From the human T2T-CHM13v2.0 reference genome, Homo sapiens, in assembly GCA_009914755.4 (NCBI GenBank), contig CP086569.2:42304001-42368000 (forward strand): a DNA stretch of 64,000 nucleotides. The letters run 5' to 3'. Below the pieces are notes generated by a model. The model worked only from the letters and a program-made list of their open reading frames with translations. It made no database searches and was not told where the DNA came from. Within the stretch, counting starts at the first letter, position 1. Each line of letters opens with the position of its first letter. The translations under genes and the position numbers were made by a program. Shown in pieces: positions 42,721-58,400 of the stretch.

Positions 42721-45700
42721 GAATTGAATGGACACGAATGCTCAAATTGAATGGACTCGAATGGAATGGAAACGAAAGGAATGTCATCGAATGGAATTGA
42801 ATCGATTGGAATGAAATCGCATAGAATGGAGTGGAATCAAATGGAATTGAATCGAAAGGAAAGGAAGCAAATGGACTGAAATGAAATGGAATGGAATTGA
42901 ATGGAAAGTAATGCAATGGAATAGAATGGAACGAAATTTCACGGAATGGAATCAAACTGAATGGAATCAAATCACTGGAATCTAATCAAATGGAATGGAA
43001 AGGAATTGAATGGAGTACATTGGATTGGATGGGATTGGAATGAAATGTACTGGAAAGGACTCGAATTTCATGAAACGGAATGGAATGAATTGGAACGGAA
43101 TGGACTCGAATGGAATGGAATGTCATGGAATGGCATCAAATGGAATGGCATCAAATGGAATGGAATCGAATGCAATGGAATGCTATGGAATGGAATGGAA
43201 TGCATTGGAATGGAATGTCCTCTAATGGAATGGATTCGAGTGGAATGGAATCGAATATAATGGAGTCGAATGAAATGGAATTGAAAGGAATGGGATCGAA
43301 TACAATGGAATATACTGGAATGTAATGTAATGAACTAAAATGTAATTGACTGGAATGGAATGTACATGAATGGAATGTAATCGAATGGAAAGTAATCCAA
43401 TGGAATAGAATCTAATGCAATAAAATCGACTCAGATAGAGTAGAATGTAATGGAATGGAGTGCAGTGCAATGGAATGGAATGGAATGGAATGGAATGGAA
43501 TGGAATGGAATGGGATGGAATGGTATGGAATGGACAGTAATGGACTGGAGTGAAATGGACTGGAAAGGAATGGACTCAAATTGAAAGGGCTCGAAAGGAA
43601 TAGAGACAAATGGAATGGTCTGGAATGGAATGAACACGAATGTAATGCAATCCAATAGAATGGAGTCGAATGGCATGGAATATAAAGAAATGGAATCGAA
43701 GAGAATGGAAACAAATGGAATGGAATTGAACGGAATGGAATTGAATGGAATGGGAACGAATGGAGTGAAATTGTATGCAGTAGAAGAGAATAGAATGGAA
43801 TGCAAGCGAAAGGAAAGGAATGGATTGGAATGGAATGGAATTCATTGGAATGGAAGGGAATGTAGTGTAATGGACAGGCCTGGAATAAAGTGGAATGCTA
43901 CGGTCTCGAATGGAATAAAAATGTATGGAATGGAATGCAATGAAACGGAATCGAATGTCATAGAATGTAATGGAATGCAAAAAAATGGAATCCAAAATCA
44001 TTGACTGGAAAGGCTGGGTGTCGAAAGGAATTGACTCCAATGGAATGGAATCGAATGGAATGGAAGTGAATAGAATCGAACTAAATCGAATGGAATGGAA
44101 TTGATAGGAACGGAATGGAAAGGAATGCAATGATTTGGCATGGAATGGAATCGAATGGCATCGAATGGAATGGAATGGAATGCAATGGAATGGAATGTAT
44201 TAGAATGTAATGAACTTTAATGGAATGTACTCGAATGCATTCGACTGGAATGGAATGTTCTGGAAGTGAATGGACTCCAATGGAATGGATTCAAAAGGAA
44301 TGGAATCTTACGGAATGGAATCTAATGGAATGGAATTAAATGGAAATGAATCAAATTGAATAGCACGGAATTGAATTGAATGGAATGGAATGCAATGAAA
44401 TCTAATGAAACGGAAAGGAAAGGAATGGAATGGAATGGAATGGGCTGGAATGGAAAGGAATCGAAACGAATGGAATGGAATCGAACTGAAGAGACTGGAA
44501 TGGAATGCACTGGAATGGAAGGGAGTGTAATGGAAGGTTCTCGAAAAAAATGGAATCGAATGGAATGGAATTGAATGGAACGGAATAGAGTCGAATGGAA
44601 TTGAATGGAATGGAATGGACTAGAGTGAAATGGAATCGAACCACAAGGAATGGACAGGAATAGAATGGTCTCGAATTGAATGGGATCGTATGGAATGGCA
44701 TCAAACGGAATGGAATGGACAGCCACGGAATGGAATGCACTCGAATGCAATGGAGTCGAAACTAATGGACTGGAATAGAATGGACTCGACTGGTACGGAC
44801 TCCAATGGAATGGAATCGAATGGAAGGGAATCGAACGGAATGGACTCGAAGGGAAAAGACTGCAATGGAAAGGTCTCGAATGGAATGGAAATTAATGGAA
44901 TGGAATGGAATCGAATGAAATGGAGGCAAAAGGAATGGAATCGAATGGCAAGAAATCGAATGTAATGGAATCGCAAGGAATTGATGTGAACGGAACGGAA
45001 TGGAATGGAATCCAAAGGAATGGAATAGAATGGAATGGAATCGAATGGAAAGGACTCGAATGGAAATCACTCGAATAGAATGCAATTTAATAAAATAGGA
45101 TCAAATGTAATGGAATGGAATGGAAAGGAATCGAAACGAAAGGAATGGAGACAGATGGAATGGAATGGAAGAGAGAGCAATGGTATATAATGGAATGGAA
45201 TCATCTGGAATGGAATTGAATGGAATGGAATAATATGAAATGGAATGGAATGGAATGGAATGGAATGCCCTTGAATTAAATGGACTGGACTCGAACAGAG
45301 TGGAATGGAAAGTGTTGAGATAGAATGGAATGGACTCCTTTGGAATGGTGTAGTATGCAATGCAATCGACTGGCATGGAATCAAAAGGAATGTAATGGAA
45401 TGGATTGGACTGGAATGCAATGGACTCGAATAGATTGGAAACGGAATGCAAAGGAATGGAATGGAATAGTATGGAATTTAATGGAAAGGAATGGAGTGGA
45501 ATAGACTAGAGTGGAATGGAATGGACTGGAAAGCAATGGACTGGAATGGAACTTTCTTGAATGGACTGGAATCAAACGGAATGGAATGCAATGCAATCAA
45601 ATGGCATGGAATAAAATAGAATGAAAGAGAATCAAATGGAATTGAATCGAATGGAATCGAATGGATTGGAAAGGAATAGAATGGAATGGAATGGAATTGA

Positions 45701-46249
45701 CTCAAATGGAATGGACTAGAATGGAATGGATTCGAATGGAAGGCAAAGGAATGGAATCTACTGGAATGGACTGTAATGGAATGGAATGGAAGGGATTGGA
45801 ATGGACTCGAATGGAATGGACTGCAATAGAAAGGATTCGAATGGAATGAAAAAGTATTGAATGGAATAGAACAGAATGGAATCAAATCGAATGAAATGGA
45901 ATGGAATAGAAAGGAATGGAATTAAATGGAATGGAAAGGATTCGAATGGAATGCAATCGAATGGAAGGGAATCGAACGGAATGGAATAAAATGGAAGAAA
46001 ACTGGCAAGAAATGGAATCGAAATGAATGGAGTGTTATGGAACGGACTCAAAAGGAATTGAATGTAATAGAATGGAGTGGAGTGGACTCGAATATAATGG
46101 ACTGGAATGGAATGAAATCACATGGAATGGGAACGAATGGAATGGAATGGAAAGGAATGGAATCGAATGGAAAGGAATCGAATGGAAGGGAATGAAATTG
46201 AATCAACAGGAATGGAAGGGAATAGAATAGACGGTAATGGAATGGACTC
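42721..46249. repeat. HOR copy U13 (3529 bp), beta
   Basis: Variant anchor 'gaattgaatggacacg' at 42721. Pure tract at 43472-43511 has 8 copies. Confidence 0.75.
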
Positions 46250-49200
46250 GAATAGAATGGACACGAATGCTCAAATTGAATGGACTCGAATGGAATGGAA
46301 ACGAAAGGAATGTCATCGAATGGAATTGAATCGATTGGAATGAAATCGCATAGAATGGAGTGGAATCAAATGGAATTGAATCGAAAGGAAAGGAAGCGAA
46401 TGGACTGAAATGAAATGGAATGGAATTGAATGGAAAGTAATGCAATGGAATAGAATGGAACGAAATTTCACGGAATGGAATCAAACTGAATGGAATCAAA
46501 TCAATGGAATCAAATCAAATGGAATGGAAAGGAATTGAATGGAGTAGATTGGATTGGATGGGATTGGAATGAAATGTACTGGAAAGGACTCGAATTTCAT
46601 GAAACGGAATGGAATAAATTGGAACGGAATGGACTCGAATGGAATGGAATGTCATGGAATGGCATCAAATGGAATGGCATCAAATGGAATGGAATCGAAT
46701 GCAATGGAATGCTATGGAATGGAATGGAATGCATTGGAATGGAATGTCCTCTAATGGAATGGATTCGAGTGGAATGGAATCGAATATAATGGAGTCGAAT
46801 GAAATGGAATTGAAAGGAATGGGATCGAATACAATGGAATATACTGGAATGTAATGTAATGAACTCGAATGTAATTGACTGGAATGGAATGTACATGAAT
46901 GGAATGTAATCGAATGGAAAGTAATCCAATGGAATAGAATCTAATGCAATAAAATCGACTCAGATAGAGTAGAATGTAATGGAATGGAGTGCAGTGCAAT
47001 GCAATGGAATGGAATGGAATGCAATGGAATGGAATGGAATGGAATGGAATGGAATGGAATGGGATGGAATGGTATGGAATGGATAGTAATGGACTGGAGT
47101 GAAACGGACTGGAAAGGAATGGACTCAAATTGAAAGGGCTCGAAAGGAATGGAGTCAAATGGAATGGTCTGGAATGGAATGAACACGAATGTAATGCAAT
47201 CCAATAGAATGGAATCGAATGGCATGGAATATAAAGAAATGGAATCGAAGAGAATGGAAACAAATGGAATGGAATTGAATGGAATGGAATTGAATGGAAT
47301 GGGAACGAATGGAGTGAAATTGTATGCAGTAGAAGGGAATAGAATGGAATGCAAGCGAAAGGAAAGGAATGGATTGGAATGGAATGGAATTCATTGGAAT
47401 GGAAGGGAATGTAGTGTAATGGACAGGTCTGGAATAAAGTGGAATGCTACGGTCTCAATGGAATAAAAATGTATGGAATGGAATGCAATGAAACGGAATC
47501 GAATGTCATAGAATGTAATGGAATGCAAAAAAAATGGAATCCAAAATCATTGACTGGAAAGGCTGGGTGTCGAAAGGAATTGACTCCAATGGAATGGAAT
47601 CGAATGGAATGGAAGTGAATAGAATCGAACTAAATCGAATGGAATGGAATTGATAGGAACGGAATGGAAAGGAATGCAATGATTTGGCATGGAATGGAAT
47701 CGAATGGCATCGAATGGAATGGAATGGAATGCAATGGAATGGAATGTATTAGAATGTAATGAACTTTAATGGAATGTACTCGAATGGATTCGACTGGAAT
47801 GGAATGTTCTGGAAGTGAATGGACTCCAATGGAATGGATTCAAAAGGAATGGAATCGTACGGAATGGAATCTAATGGAATGGAATTAAATGGAAATGAAT
47901 CAAATTGAATAGCAAGGATTTGAATTGAATGGAATGGAATGCAATGGAATCTAATGAAACGGAAAGGAAAGGAATGGAATGGAATGGAATGGACTGGAAT
48001 GGAAAGGAATCAAAACGAATTGAATGGAATCGAACTGAAGAGACTGGAATGGAATGCACTGGAATGGAAGGGAGTGTAATGGAAGGTTCTCGAAAAAAAT
48101 GGAATCGAATGGAATGGAATTGAATGGAACGGAATAGAGTCGAATGGAATTGAATGGAATGGAATGGACTAGAGTGAAATGGAATCGAACCACAAGGAAT
48201 GGACATGAATAGAATGGTCTCGAATTGAATGGAATCGTATTGAATGGCATCAAACGGAATGGAATGGACAGCCACGGAATGGAATGCACTCGAATGCAAT
48301 GGAGTCGAAACTAATGGACTGGAATAGAATGGACTCGACTGGTACGGACTCCAATGGAATGGAATCGAATGGAAGGGAATCGAACGGAATGGACTCGAAG
48401 AGAAAAGACTGCAATGGAAAGGTCTCGAATGGAATGGAAATTAATGGAATGGAATGGAATCGAATGAAATGGAGTCAAAAGGAATGGAATCGAATGGAAA
48501 GAAATCGAATGTAATGGAATCACAAGGAATTGATGTGAACGGAACGGAATGGAATGGAATCCAAAGGAATGGAATAGAATGGAATGGAATCGAATGGAAA
48601 GGACTCGAATGGAAATCACTCGAATAGAATGCAATTTAATAAAATAGGATCAAATGTAATGGAATGGAATGGAAGGGAATCGAAACGAAAGGAATGGAGA
48701 CAGATGGAATGGAATGGAAGAGAGAGCAATGGTATAGAATGGAATGGAATCATCTGGAATGGAATTGAATGGAATGGAATAATATGAAATGGAATGGAAT
48801 GGAATGGAATGGAATGCCCTTGAATTAAATGGACTGGAATGGAATGGACTCGAACAGAGTGGAATGGAAAGTGTTGAGATAGAATGGAATGGACTCCTTT
48901 GGAATGGTGTAGTATGCAATGCAATCGACTGGCAGGGAATCAAAAGGAATGTAATCGAATGGATTGGACTGGAATGCAATGGACTCGAATAGATTGGAAA
49001 CGGAATGCAAAGGAATGGAATGGAATAGTATGGAATGGAATGGAAAGGAATGGAGTGGAATAGACTAGAGTGGAATGGAATGGACTGGAAAGCAATGGAC
49101 TGGAATGGAACTTTCTTGAATGGACTGGAATCAAACGGAATGGAATGCAATGCAATCAAATGGCATGGAATAAAATAGAATGAAAGAGAATCAAATGGAA

Positions 49201-49808
49201 TTGAATCGAATGGAATCGAATGGATTGGAAAGGAATAGAATGGAATGGAATGGAATTGACTCAAATGGAATGGACTAGAATGGAATGGATTCGAATGGAA
49301 GGCAAAGGAATGGAATCTATTGGAATGGACTGTAATGGAATGGAACGGAAGGGATTGGAATGGACTCGAATGGAATGGACTGCAATAGAAAGGATTCGAA
49401 TGGAATGAAAAAGAATTGAATGGAATAGAACAGAATGGAATCAAATCGAATGAAATGGAATGGAATAGAAAGGAATGGAATGAAATGGAATGGAAAGGAT
49501 TCGAATGGAATGCAATCGAATGGAATGGAATCGAACGGAATGGAATAAAATGGAAGAAAACTGGCAAGAAATGGAATCGAAATGAATGGAGTGTTATGGA
49601 ACGGACTCAAAAGGAATTGAATGTAATAGAATGGAGTGGAGTGGACTCGAATATAATGGACTGGAATGGAATGAAATCACATGGAATGGGAACGAATGGA
49701 ATGGAATGGAAAGGAATGGAATCGAATGGAAAGGAATCGAATGGAAGGGAATGAAATTGAATCAACAGGAATGGAAGGGAATAGAATAGACGGTAATGGA
49801 ATGGACTC
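46250..49808. repeat. HOR copy U14 (3559 bp), beta; HaeIII site lost
   Basis: Anchor at 46250. 'caggtctgg' at 47424-47432 replaces the canonical 'caggcctgg'. Confidence 0.8.
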
Positions 49809-52800
49809 GAATAGAATGGACACGAATGCTCAAATTGAATGGACTCGAATGGAATGGAAACGAAAGGAATGTCATCGAATGGAATTGAATCGATTGGAAT
49901 GAAATCGTGTAGAATGGAGTGGAATGAAATGGAATTGAATCGAAAGGAAAGGAAGCAAATGGACTGAAATGAAATGGAATGGAATTGAATAGAAAGTTAT
50001 GTAATGGAATAGAATGGAACGAAATTTCACGGAATGGAATCAAACTGAATGGAATCAAATCAATGGAATCAAATCAAATGGAATGGATAGGAATTGAATG
50101 GAGTAGATTGGATTGGATGGGATTGGAATGAAATGTACTGGAAAGGACTCGAATTTCATGAAACGGAATGGAATGAATTGGAACGGAACGGACTCGAATG
50201 GAATGGAATGTCATGGAATGGCATCAAATGGAATGGCATCAAATGGAATGGAATCGAATGCAATGGAATGCTATGGAATGGAATGGAATGCATTGGAATG
50301 GAATGTCCTCTAATGGAATGGATTCGAGTGGAATGGAATCGAATATAATGGAGTCGAATGAAATGGAATTGAAAGGAATGGGATCGAATACAATGGAATA
50401 TACTGGAATGTAATGTAATGAACTCGAATGTAATTGACTGGAATGGAATGTACATGAATGGAATGTAATCGAATGGAAAGTAATCCAATGGAATAGAATC
50501 TAATGCAATAAAATTGACTCAGATAGAGTAGAATGTAATGGAATGGAGTGCAGTGCAATGGAATGGAAAGGAATGGAATGCAATGGAATGGAATGGAATG
50601 GAATGGAATGGAACGGAATGGAATGGTGTGGAATGGATAGTAATGGACTGGAGTGAAATGGACTGGAAAGGAATGGACTCAAATTGAAAGGGCTCGAAAG
50701 GAATGGAGTCAAATGGAATGGTCTGGAATGGAATGAACACGCAGGTAATGCAATCCAATAGAATGGAATCGAATGGCATGGAATATAAAGAAATGGAATC
50801 GAAGAGAATGGAAACAAATGGAATGGAATTGAGTGGAATGGAATTGAATGGAATGGGAACGAATGGAGTGAAATTGTATGCAGTAGAAGAGAATAGAATG
50901 GAATGCAAGCGAAAGGAAAGGAATGGATTGGAATGGAATGGAATTCATTGGAATGGAAGGGAATGTAGTGTAATGGACAGGCCTGGAATAAAGTGGAATG
51001 CTACGGTCTCGAATGGAATAAAAATGTATGGAATGGAATGCAATGAAACGGAATCGAATGTCATAGAATGTAATGGAATGCAAAAAAATGGAATCCAAAA
51101 TCATTGACTGGAAAGGCTGGGTGTCGAAAGGAATTGACTCCAATGGAATGGAATCGAATGGAATGGAAGTGAATAGAATCGAACTAAATCGAATGGAATG
51201 GAATTGATAGGAACGGAATGGAAAGGAATGCAATGATTTGGCATGGAATGGAATCGAATGGCATCGAATGGAATGGAATGGAATGCAATGGAATGGAATG
51301 TATTAGAATGTAATGAACTTTAATGGAATGTACTCGAATGGATTCGACTGGAATGGAATGTTCTGGAAGTGAATGGACTCCAATGGAATGGATTCAAAAG
51401 GAATGGAATCGTACGGAATGGAATCTAATGGAATGGAATTAAATGGAAATGAATCAAATTGAATAGCACGGAATTGAATTGAATGAAATGGAATGCAATG
51501 GAATCTAATGAAACGGAAAGGAAAGGAATGGAATGGAATGGAATGGGCTGGAATGGAAAGGAATCGAAACGAATGGAATGGAATCGAACTGAAGAGACTG
51601 GAATGGAATGCACTGGAATGGAAGGGAGTGTAATGGAAGGTTCTCGAAAAAAATGGAATCGAATGGAATGGAATTGAATGGAACGGAATAGAGTCGAATG
51701 GAATTGAATGGAATGGAATGGACTAGAGTGAAATGGAATCGAACCACAAGGAATGGACAGGAATAGAATGGTCTCGAATTGAATGGAATCGTATGGAATG
51801 GCATCAAACGGAATGGAATGGACAGCCACGGAATGGAATGCACTCGAATGCAATGGAGTCGAAACTAATGGACTGGAATAGAATGGACTCGACTGGTACG
51901 GACTCCAATGGAATGGAATCGAATGGAAGGGAATCGAACGGAATGGACTCGAAGGGAAAAGACTGCAATGGAAAGGTCTCGAATGGAATGGAAATTTATG
52001 GAATGGAATGGAATCGAATGAAATGGAGTCAAAAGGAATGGAATCGAATGGCAAGAAATCGAATGTAATGGAATCGCAAGGAATTGATGTGAACGGAACG
52101 GAATGGAATGGAATCCAAAGGAATGGAATAGAATGGAATGGAATCGAATGGAAAGGACTCGAATGGAAATCACTCGAATAGAATGCAATTTAATAAAATA
52201 GGATCAAATGTAATGGAATGGAATGGAAAGGAATCGAAACGAAAGGAATGGAGACAGATGGAATGGAATGGAACAGAGAGCAATGGTATAGAATGGAATG
52301 GAATCATCTGGAATGGAATTGAATGGAATGGAATAATATGAAATGGAATGGAATGGAATGGAATGGAATGCCCTTGAATTAAATGGACTGGAATGGAATG
52401 GACTCGAACAGAGTGGAATGGAAAGTGTTGAGATAGAATGGAATGGACTCCTTTGGAATGGTGTAGTATGCAATGCAATCGACTGGCAGGGAATCAAAAG
52501 GAATGTAATCGAATGTATTGGACTGGAATGCAATGGACTCGAATAGATTGGAAACGGAATGCAAAGGAATGGAATGGAATAGTATGGAATGGAATGGAAA
52601 GGAATGGAGTGGAATAGACTAGAGTGGAATGGAATGGACTGGAAAGCAATGGACTGGAATGGAACTTTCTTGAATGGACTGGAACCAAACGGAATGGAAT
52701 GCAATGCAATCAAATGGCATGGAATAAAATAGAATGAAAGAGAATCAAATGGAATTGAATCGAATAGAATCGAATGGATTGGAAAGGAATAGAATGGAAT

Positions 52801-53362
52801 GGAATGGAATTGACTCAAATGGAATGGACTAGAATGGAATGGATTCGAATGGAAGGCAAAGGAATGGAATCTATTGGAATGGACTGTAATGGAATGGAAT
52901 GGAAGGGATTGGAATGGACTCGAATGGAATGGACTGCAATAGAAAGGATTCGAATGGAATGAAAAAGAATTGAATGGAATAGAACAGAATGGAATCAAAT
53001 CGAATGAAATGGAATGGAATAGAAAGGAATGGAATGAAATGGAATGGAAAGGATTCGAATGGAATGCAATCGAATGGAATGGAATCGAACGGAATGGAAT
53101 AAAATGGAAGAAAACTGGCAAGAAATGGAATCGAAATGAATGGAGTGTTATGGAACGGACTCAAAAGGAATTGAATGTAATAGAATGGAGTGGAGTGGAC
53201 TCGAATATAATGGACTGGAATGGAATGAAATCACATGGAATGGGAACGAATGGAATGGAATGGAAAGGAATGGAATCGAATGGAAAGGAATCGAATGGAA
53301 GGGAATGAAATTGAATCAACAGGAATGGAAGGGAATAGAATAGACGGTAATGGAATGGACTC
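49809..53362. repeat. HOR copy U15 (3554 bp), beta
   Basis: Anchor at 49809. Beta diagnostic at ~51641. Confidence 0.8.
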
Positions 53363-56300
53363 GAATAGAATGGACACGAATGCTCAAATTGAATGGACTC
53401 GAATGGAATGGAAACGAAAGGAATGTCATCGACTGGAATTGAATCGATTGGAATGAAATCGCATAGAATGGAGTGGAATCAAATGGAATTGAATCGAAAG
53501 GAAAGGAAGCGAATGGACTGAAATGAAATGGAATGGAATTGAATGGAAAGTAATGCAATGGAATAGAATGGAACGAAATTTCACGGAATGGAATCAAACT
53601 GAATGGAATCAAATCAATGGAATCTAATCAAATGGAATGGAAAGGAATTGAATGGAGTAGATTGGATTGGATGGGATTAGAATGAAATGTACTGGAAAGG
53701 ACTCGAATTTCATGAAACGGAATGGAATGAATTGGAACGGAATGGACTCGAATGGAATGGAATGTCATGGAATGGCATCAAATGGAATGGCATCAAATGG
53801 AATGGAATCGAATGCAATGGAATGTTATGGAATGGAATGGAATGCATTGGAATGGAATGTCCTCTAATGGAATGGATTCGAGTGGAATGGAATCGAATAT
53901 AATGGAGTCGAATGAAATGGAATTGAAAGGAATGGGATCGAATAGAATGGAATATACTGGAATGTAATGTAATGAACTCGAATGTAATTGACTGGAATGG
54001 AATGTACATGAATGGAAGGTAATCGAATGGAAAGTAATCCAATGGAATAGAATCTAATGCAATAAAACCGACTCAGATAGAGTAGAATGTAATGGAATGG
54101 AGTGCAGTGCAATGGAATGGAATGGAATTGAATGCAATGGAATGGAATGGAATGGAATGGAATGGAATGGAATGGAATGGAATGGGATGGAATGGTATGG
54201 AATGGATAGTAATGGACTGGAGTGAAATGGACTGGAAAGGAATGGACTCAAATTGAAAGGGCTCGAAAGGAATGGTGTCAAATGGAATGGTCTGGAATGG
54301 AATGAACACGAATGTAATGCAGTCCAATAGAATGGAATCGAATGGCATGGAATATAAAGAAATGGATTCGAAGAGAATGGAAACAAATGGAATGGAATTG
54401 AATGGAATGGAATTGAATGGAATGGGAACGAATGGAGTGAAATTTTATGCAGTAGAAGGGAATAGAATGGAATGCAAGCGAAAGGAAAGGAATGGATTGG
54501 AATGGAATGGAATTCATTGGAATGGAAGGGAATGTAGTGTAACGGACAGGCCTGGAATAAAGTGGAATGCTACGGTCTCGAATGGAATAAAAATGTATGG
54601 AATGGAATGCAATGAAACGGAATCGAATGTCATAGAATGTAATGGAATGCAAAAAAATGGAATCCAAAATCATTGACTGGAAAGGCTGGGTGTCGAAAGG
54701 AATTGACTCCAATGGAATGGAATCGAATGGAATGGAAGTGAATAGAATCGAACTAAATCGAATGGAATGGAATTGATAGGAACGGAATGGAAAGGAATGC
54801 AATGATTTGGCATGGAATGGAATCGAATGGCATCGAATGGAATGGAATGGAATGGAATGCAATGGAATGGAATGTATTAGAATGTAATGAACTTTAATGG
54901 AATGTACTCGAATGGATTCGACTGGAATGGAACGTTCTGGAAGTGAATGGACTCCAATGGAATGGATTCAAAAGGAATGGAATTGTACGGAATGGAATCT
55001 AATGGAATGGAATTAAATGGAAATGAATCAAATTGAATAGCACGGAATTGAATTGAATGGAATGGAATGCAATGGAATCTAATGAAACGGAAAGGAAAGG
55101 AATGGAATGGAATGGAATGGGCTGGAATGGAAAGGAATCGAAACGAATGGAATGGAATCGAACTGAAGAGACTGGAATGGAATGCACTGGAATGGAAGGG
55201 AGTGTAATGGAAGGTTCTCGAAAAAAATGGAATCGAATGGAATGGAATTGAATGGAACGGAATAGAGTCGAATGGAATTGAATGGAATGGAATGGACTAG
55301 AGTGAAATGGAATCGAACCACAAGGAATGGACAGGAATAGAATGGTCTCGAATTGAATGGAATCGTATGGAATGGCATCAAACGGAATGGAATGGACAGC
55401 CACGGAATGGAATGCACTCGAATGCAATGGAGTCGAAACTAATGGACTGGAATAGAATGGACTCGACTGGTACGGACTCCAATGGAATGGAATCGAATGG
55501 AAGGGAATCGAACGGAATGGACTCGAAGGGAAAAGACTGCAATGGAAAGGTCTCGAATGGAATGGAAATTAATGGAATGGAATGGAATCGAATGAAATGG
55601 AGTCAAAAGGAATGGAATCGAATGGCAAGAAATTGAATGTAATGGAATCGCAAGGAATTGATGTGAACGGAACGGAATGGAATGGAATCCAAAGGAATGG
55701 AATAGAATGGAATGGAATCGAATGGAAAGGACTCGAATGGAAATCACTCGAATAGAATGCAATTTAATAAAATAGGATCAAATGTAATGGAATGGAATGG
55801 AAAGGAATCGAAACGAAAGGAATGGAGACAGTTGGAATGGAATAGAACAGCGAGCAATGGTATAGAATGGAATGGAATCATCTGGAATGGAATTGAATGG
55901 AATGGAATAATATGAAATGGAATGGAATGGAATGGAATGGAATGCCCTTGAATTAAATGGACTGGAATGGAATGGACTCGAACAGAGTGGAATGGAAAGT
56001 GTTGAGATAGAATGGAATGGACTCCTTTGGAATGGTGTAGTATGCAATGCAATCGACTGGCAGGGAATCAAATGGAATGTAATCGAATGGATTGGACTGG
56101 AATGCAATGGACTCGAATAGATTGCAAACGGAATGCAAAGGAATGGAATGGAATAGTATGGAATGGAATGGAAAGGAATGGAGTGGAATAGACTAGAGTG
56201 GAATGGAATGGACTGGAAAGCAATGGACTGGAATGGAACTTTCTTGAATGGACTGGAATCAAACGGAATGGAATGCAATGCAATCAAATGGCATGGAATA

Positions 56301-56921
56301 AAATAGAATGAAAGAGAATCAAATGGAATTGAATCGAATGGAATCGAATGGATTGGAAAGGAATAGAATGGAATGGAATGGAATTGACTCAAATGGAATG
56401 GATTCGAATGGAAGGCAAAGGAATGGAATCTATTGGAATGGACTGTAATGGAATGGAATGGAAGGGATTGGAATGGACTCGAATGGAATGGACTGCAATA
56501 GAAAGGATTCGAATGGAATGAAAAAGAATTGAATGGAATAGAACAGAATGGAATCAAATCGAATGAAATGGAATGGAATAGAAAGGAATGGAATGAAATG
56601 GAATGGAAAGGATTCGAATGGAATGCAATCGAATGGAATGGAATCGAACGGAATGGAATAAAATGGAAGAAAACTGGCAAGAAATGGAATCGAAATGAAT
56701 GGAGTGTTATGGAACGGACTCAAAAGGAATTGAATGTAATAGAATGGAGTGGAGTGGACTCGAATATAATGGACTGGAATGGAATGAAATCACATGGAAT
56801 GGGAACGAATGGAATGGAATGGAAAGGAATGGAATCGAATGGAAAGGAATCGAATGGAAGGGAATGAAATTGAATCAACAGGAATGGAAGGGAATAGAAT
56901 AGACGGTAATGGAATGGACTC
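53363..56921. repeat. HOR copy U16 (3559 bp), beta
   Basis: Anchor at 53363. From 53842 onward it is the first copy of the 4559-bp duplication. Confidence 0.8.
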
Positions 56922-58400
56922 GAATAGAATGGACACGAATGCTCAAATTGAATGGACTCGAATGGAATGGAAACGAAAGGAATGTCATCGAATGGAATTG
57001 AATCGATTGGAATGAAATCGCATAGAATGGAGTGGAATCAAATGGAATTGAATCGAAAGGAAAGGAAGCGAATGGACTGAAATGAAATGGAATGGAATTG
57101 AATGGAAAGTAATGCAATGGAATAGAATGGAACGAAATTTCACGGAATGGAATCAAACTGAATGGAATCAAATCAATGGAATCAAATCAAATGGAATGGA
57201 AAGGAATTGAATGGAGTAGATTGGATTGGATGGGATTGGAATGAAATGTACTGGAAAGGACTCGAATTTCATGAAACGGAATGGAATGAATTGGAACGGA
57301 ATGGACTCGAATGGAATGGAATGTCATGGAATGGCATCAAATGGAATGGCATCAAATGGAATGGAATCGAATGCAATGGAATGCTATGGAATGGAATGGA
57401 ATGCATTGGAATGGAATGTCCTCTAATGGAATGGATTCGAGTGGAATGGAATCGAATATAATGGAGTCGAATGAAATGGAATTGAAAGGAATGGGATCGA
57501 ATACAATGGAATATACTGGAATGTAATGTAATGAACTCGAATGTAATTGACTGGAATGGAATGTACGTGAATGGAATATAATCGAATGGAAAGTAATCCA
57601 ATGGAATAGAATCTAATGCAATAAAATCGACTCAGATAGAGTAGAATGTAATGGAAAGGAGTGCAGTGCAATGGAATGGAATGGAATGGAATGCAATTGA
57701 ATGGAATGGAATGGAATGGAATGGAATGGAATGGGATGGAATGGTATGGAATGGATAGTAATGGACTGGAGTGAAATGGACTGGAAAGGAATATACTCAA
57801 ATTGAAAGGGCTCGAAAGGAATGGAGTCAAATGGAATGGACTGGAATGGAATGAACACGAATGTAATGCAATCCAATAGAATGGAATCGAATGGCATGGA
57901 ATATAAAGAAATGGAATCGGAGAGAATGGAAACAAATGGAATGGAAATGAATGGAATGGAATTGAATGGAATGGGAACGAATGGAGTGAAATTGTATGCA
58001 GTAGAAGGGAATAGAATGGAATGCAAGCGAAAGGAAAGGAATGGATTGGAATGGAATGGAATTCATTGGAATGGAAGGGAATGTAGTGTAATGGACAGGC
58101 CTGGAATAAAGTGGAATGCTACGGTCTCGAATGGAATAAAAATGTATGGAATGGAATGCAATGAAATGGAATCGAATGTCATAGAATGTAATGGAATGCA
58201 ACAAAATGGAATCCAATATCATTGACTGGAAAGGCTGGGTGTCGAAAGGAATTGACTCCAATGGAATGGAATCGAATGGAATGGAAGTGAATAGAATCGA
58301 ACTAAATCGAATGGAATGGAATTGATAGGAACGGAATGGAAAGGAATGCAATGATTTGGCATGGAATGGAATCGAATGGCATCGAATGGAATGGAATGGA
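53842..58400. repeat. 4559-bp tandem duplication, copy 1
   Basis: Translations at 53864, 54054, 54272, 54278, 55307, 55439, 55712 and 55778 are identical to those at +4559. Translations at 57162 to 57827 match those at 61721 to 62386. I count about 6 single-residue differences overall. Confidence 0.7.
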